A DNA stretch of 45,581 nt from Oleiagrimonas sp. (GTDB lineage: Bacteria; Pseudomonadota; Gammaproteobacteria; Xanthomonadales; Rhodanobacteraceae). The position numbers and the translations under genes were made by a program. The notes beneath the pieces are model-generated. The model saw nothing but the letters and a program-made list of their open reading frames with translations, ran no database searches and was not told the DNA's origin. The DNA lies in contig NZ_JAQIBU010000178.1 of assembly GCF_027858935.1 (NCBI RefSeq), positions 1 to 45,581 on the forward strand, in the 5' to 3' direction. Shown here in pieces: positions 43,964 through 45,581 of this stretch. Each line of letters starts with the position of its first letter. Position 1 is the stretch's first letter.

Positions 43964-44332
43964 ATGCAAAATGTTCTGTTAGCTCTCGCCGGCTTTTTCG
44001 TTCTGGTGAAAGTCGTGTGCACAATTTGGTACGTTCGTCAGCCAGATGCTACGGCTGTTACGGCCACACCACGGGGCAGCATCCTCTATTACGCGGGTAA
44101 ATTTTCGCCGGCGCTCGTCATGGCATGCATGCTCGTTCGTGCGTGCATTCCTGGCCCGCCGTTGCAGATCACATTCATACAAAGCGACCGTTGGCGTGTC
44201 GTGTTCTGGGCTGCGTTCCTTGTCATCGCTACCGTAGCTGCCATCGTGGCTGTGCGGCAGCACGCATCGGGCACATCGTACGGTCTGGTGCACGATGCTA
44301 AGCTGGCGCGGCGGCGGGGGCACGGGCGCTAA
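43964..44332 (+). CDS. integron cassette 4: small membrane protein (about three TM segments)
   Basis: Three hydrophobic stretches; the TAA stop is part of the attC4 R'' box. Confidence 0.72.
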   Translation: MQNVLLALAGFFVLVKVVCTIWYVRQPDATAVTATPRGSILYYAGKFSPALVMACMLVRACIPGPPLQITFIQSDRWRVVFWAAFLVIATVAAIVAVRQHASGTSYGLVHDAKLARRRGHGR

Positions 44333-44384
44333 CAACTCAGTCAAGCGGACGGCGTTCCGCCGCCGCTTACTTCGGGCGTTAGGC
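44327..44384 (+). other. attC site 4
   Basis: CGCTAAC-N5-AGT(C)AAGCGG(A)CGGCG...CGCCGCCGCTTACT-N6-GTTAGGC; ACGGGCGCTAAC is complementary to the cassette start GTTAGCGCCCGT over 12 bp. Confidence 0.92.
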
Positions 44385-44390
44385 ACCTTG

Positions 44391-44472
44391 ATGCACCGTG
44401 TTCTGTTTGTTCTTCTGCTGACAGCGACTCTTGTTCACGCGGTGGGCAACTCGTGTTCAGCACCCAGGATGT
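44391..44472 (+). pseudogene. integron cassette 5: 5' end of a secreted-protein gene interrupted by IS3
   Basis: ATG 6 nt after attC4; signal-like MHRVLFVLLLTATLVHA; runs into the IS end at 44473. Confidence 0.65.
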
Positions 44473-44478
44473 TGGGTT

Positions 44479-45339
44479 CTACCCCGAAATCACGGACGGT
44501 TGTGAAAGGGTGGAAAACTTCAAATCCTGCCTGATGGTCCTTCGCCGCATCCTCGGGTTGTGGTGCCGCTCGATGTATTCAAACACATCCGCTCTTGCTG
44601 CATCGAGTGTCGGATAGGTCATGCGGTAAATCCGTTCGCGCTTGAGCAGACCGAAGAAGCCCTCGCATGCGGCGTTGTCTCCGCAGTGACCCACGGCGCT
44701 CATCGAGCTCACCAAGGCGTTGGCCAGCAAATACTTCTGATAGTCACCGCTTCGAAACTGACTGCCTCTATCTGAATGCAGGATCACAGGTTCGGTGCGC
44801 TGTCGCTGCCATACGGCTGTCTGCACGGCCCGGATAACCATCTGTCGATCCTGCCGATGGTGCATGGACCAGCCCACTACCCGGTGGTCAAACAGGTCCA
44901 GCACAATGCACAAATACAGCTTGCCTTCCTGGGTCTTGATCTCGGTGATGTCGGTGACCCATTTGGTCTCTGGTTCCAGTGCGGTGAAATCCCGTTCCAG
45001 CCGGTTGCGCACGCCCGGCGGGGTAAGCGCCGGCCGCCCCCGCGGACCTCGTCGCTTCGGGCGCGGCCAGCCCTGCAAGCCATCGGCTGCCATCAACCGA
45101 GCGACGCGGTTGAGGCTAGCTGTCTCGCCTTCATCGGCAAGGTCTTCCTGCATCCGCCCCGCTCCCAACGCTCCACGGCTGTCTTCGTGAAGCCCACGAA
45201 TACGCCCCAGCAAGCGTTCGTTGTCGAGCTGACGGGCGCTGGGAAGGCGCTGGCTCCAATCGTAATAACCGCTGGCCGATACCCGCAGGCAACGACACAT
45301 CAGCCGGACCGGGAACTCATGGCGACAACGTTCGATCAC
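44479..45339 (-). CDS. IS3 transposase OrfB (DDE/rve)
   Basis: [43 protein letters not shown]; the -1 frame stays open upstream through the T6 run (45388-45393), consistent with a programmed frameshift. Confidence 0.93.
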   Translation of the reverse strand: MIERCRHEFPVRLMCRCLRVSASGYYDWSQRLPSARQLDNERLLGRIRGLHEDSRGALGAGRMQEDLADEGETASLNRVARLMAADGLQGWPRPKRRGPRGRPALTPPGVRNRLERDFTALEPETKWVTDITEIKTQEGKLYLCIVLDLFDHRVVGWSMHHRQDRQMVIRAVQTAVWQRQRTEPVILHSDRGSQFRSGDYQKYLLANALVSSMSAVGHCGDNAACEGFFGLLKRERIYRMTYPTLDAARADVFEYIERHHNPRMRRRTIRQDLKFSTLSQPSVISG

Positions 45340-45347
45340 CTGATACC

Positions 45348-45581
45348 TCAGGATGATCCCTTGGCAAAGAACGTCGCCGCTTCTCGCAAAAAATCTCGTT
45401 CCTTCTTCACCCGCGCCAGCTCGCGCTTCAAACGCGCCAGCTCCTCATCCCGTGGCGTTCCCGTGCCGGCAAAGGCGCCGCTGCCCTGGCTTCCGGCCTC
45501 GCGCTTCCAGCGAGTCAACAGGCTGTCCCGGATCCCCAGCTCACGAGCCACCTGGGCACAACTGACCCCCGGCTGGTTGGC
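45348..45581 (-). CDS. IS3 transposase OrfA, partial
   Basis: [18 protein letters not shown] and leucine zipper [28 protein letters not shown]. Confidence 0.92.
   Translation of the reverse strand, partial: ANQPGVSCAQVARELGIRDSLLTRWKREAGSQGSGAFAGTGTPRDEELARLKRELARVKKERDFLREAATFFAKGSS

Larger units (their letters stand above)
44473..45581 (-). mobile_element. IS3-family insertion sequence (left end outside the window)
   Basis: Right end TGGGTTCTACCCCGAAATCACGGACGG (the element strand ends in CA); orfA/orfB organisation. Confidence 0.9.

Overview
GC-rich gammaproteobacterial chromosome segment; gene content and order suggest Xanthomonadales/Rhodanobacteraceae (inference). From left to right: the 3' end of serA and a cupin gene; an accessory block ending at tRNA-Pro(GGG), containing a Y1/HUH (RAYT-like) transposase bounded by 21-bp inverted repeats with stuttered end copies, a split RHS locus (a giant signal-peptide RHS/YD+Fn3 gene with four lesions, a separate intact signal-peptide RHS-core/toxin gene and an AT-rich lipoprotein gene), a DegP-like PDZ remnant and REP-like palindromes; the thrS-infC-rpmI-rplT-pheS-pheT-ihfA-merR-tRNA cluster, where L20 carries a fused C-terminal helix-hairpin-helix domain and thrS has a candidate Thr leader-peptide attenuator; an OpuA/ProU-type betaine ABC transporter with a porin; recCBD; a sulfur cluster (cysB, 1-Cys peroxiredoxin, two cysteine synthases) interrupted by a GAF/PAS/LOV/GGDEF/globin/EAL protein; and an integron cassette array (probable attI, four clear attC sites, a fifth cassette broken by an IS3 element) whose integrase appears reduced to a 17-codon stump abutting the cysK stop codon. 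All calls come from reading the sequence; no database searches were run.
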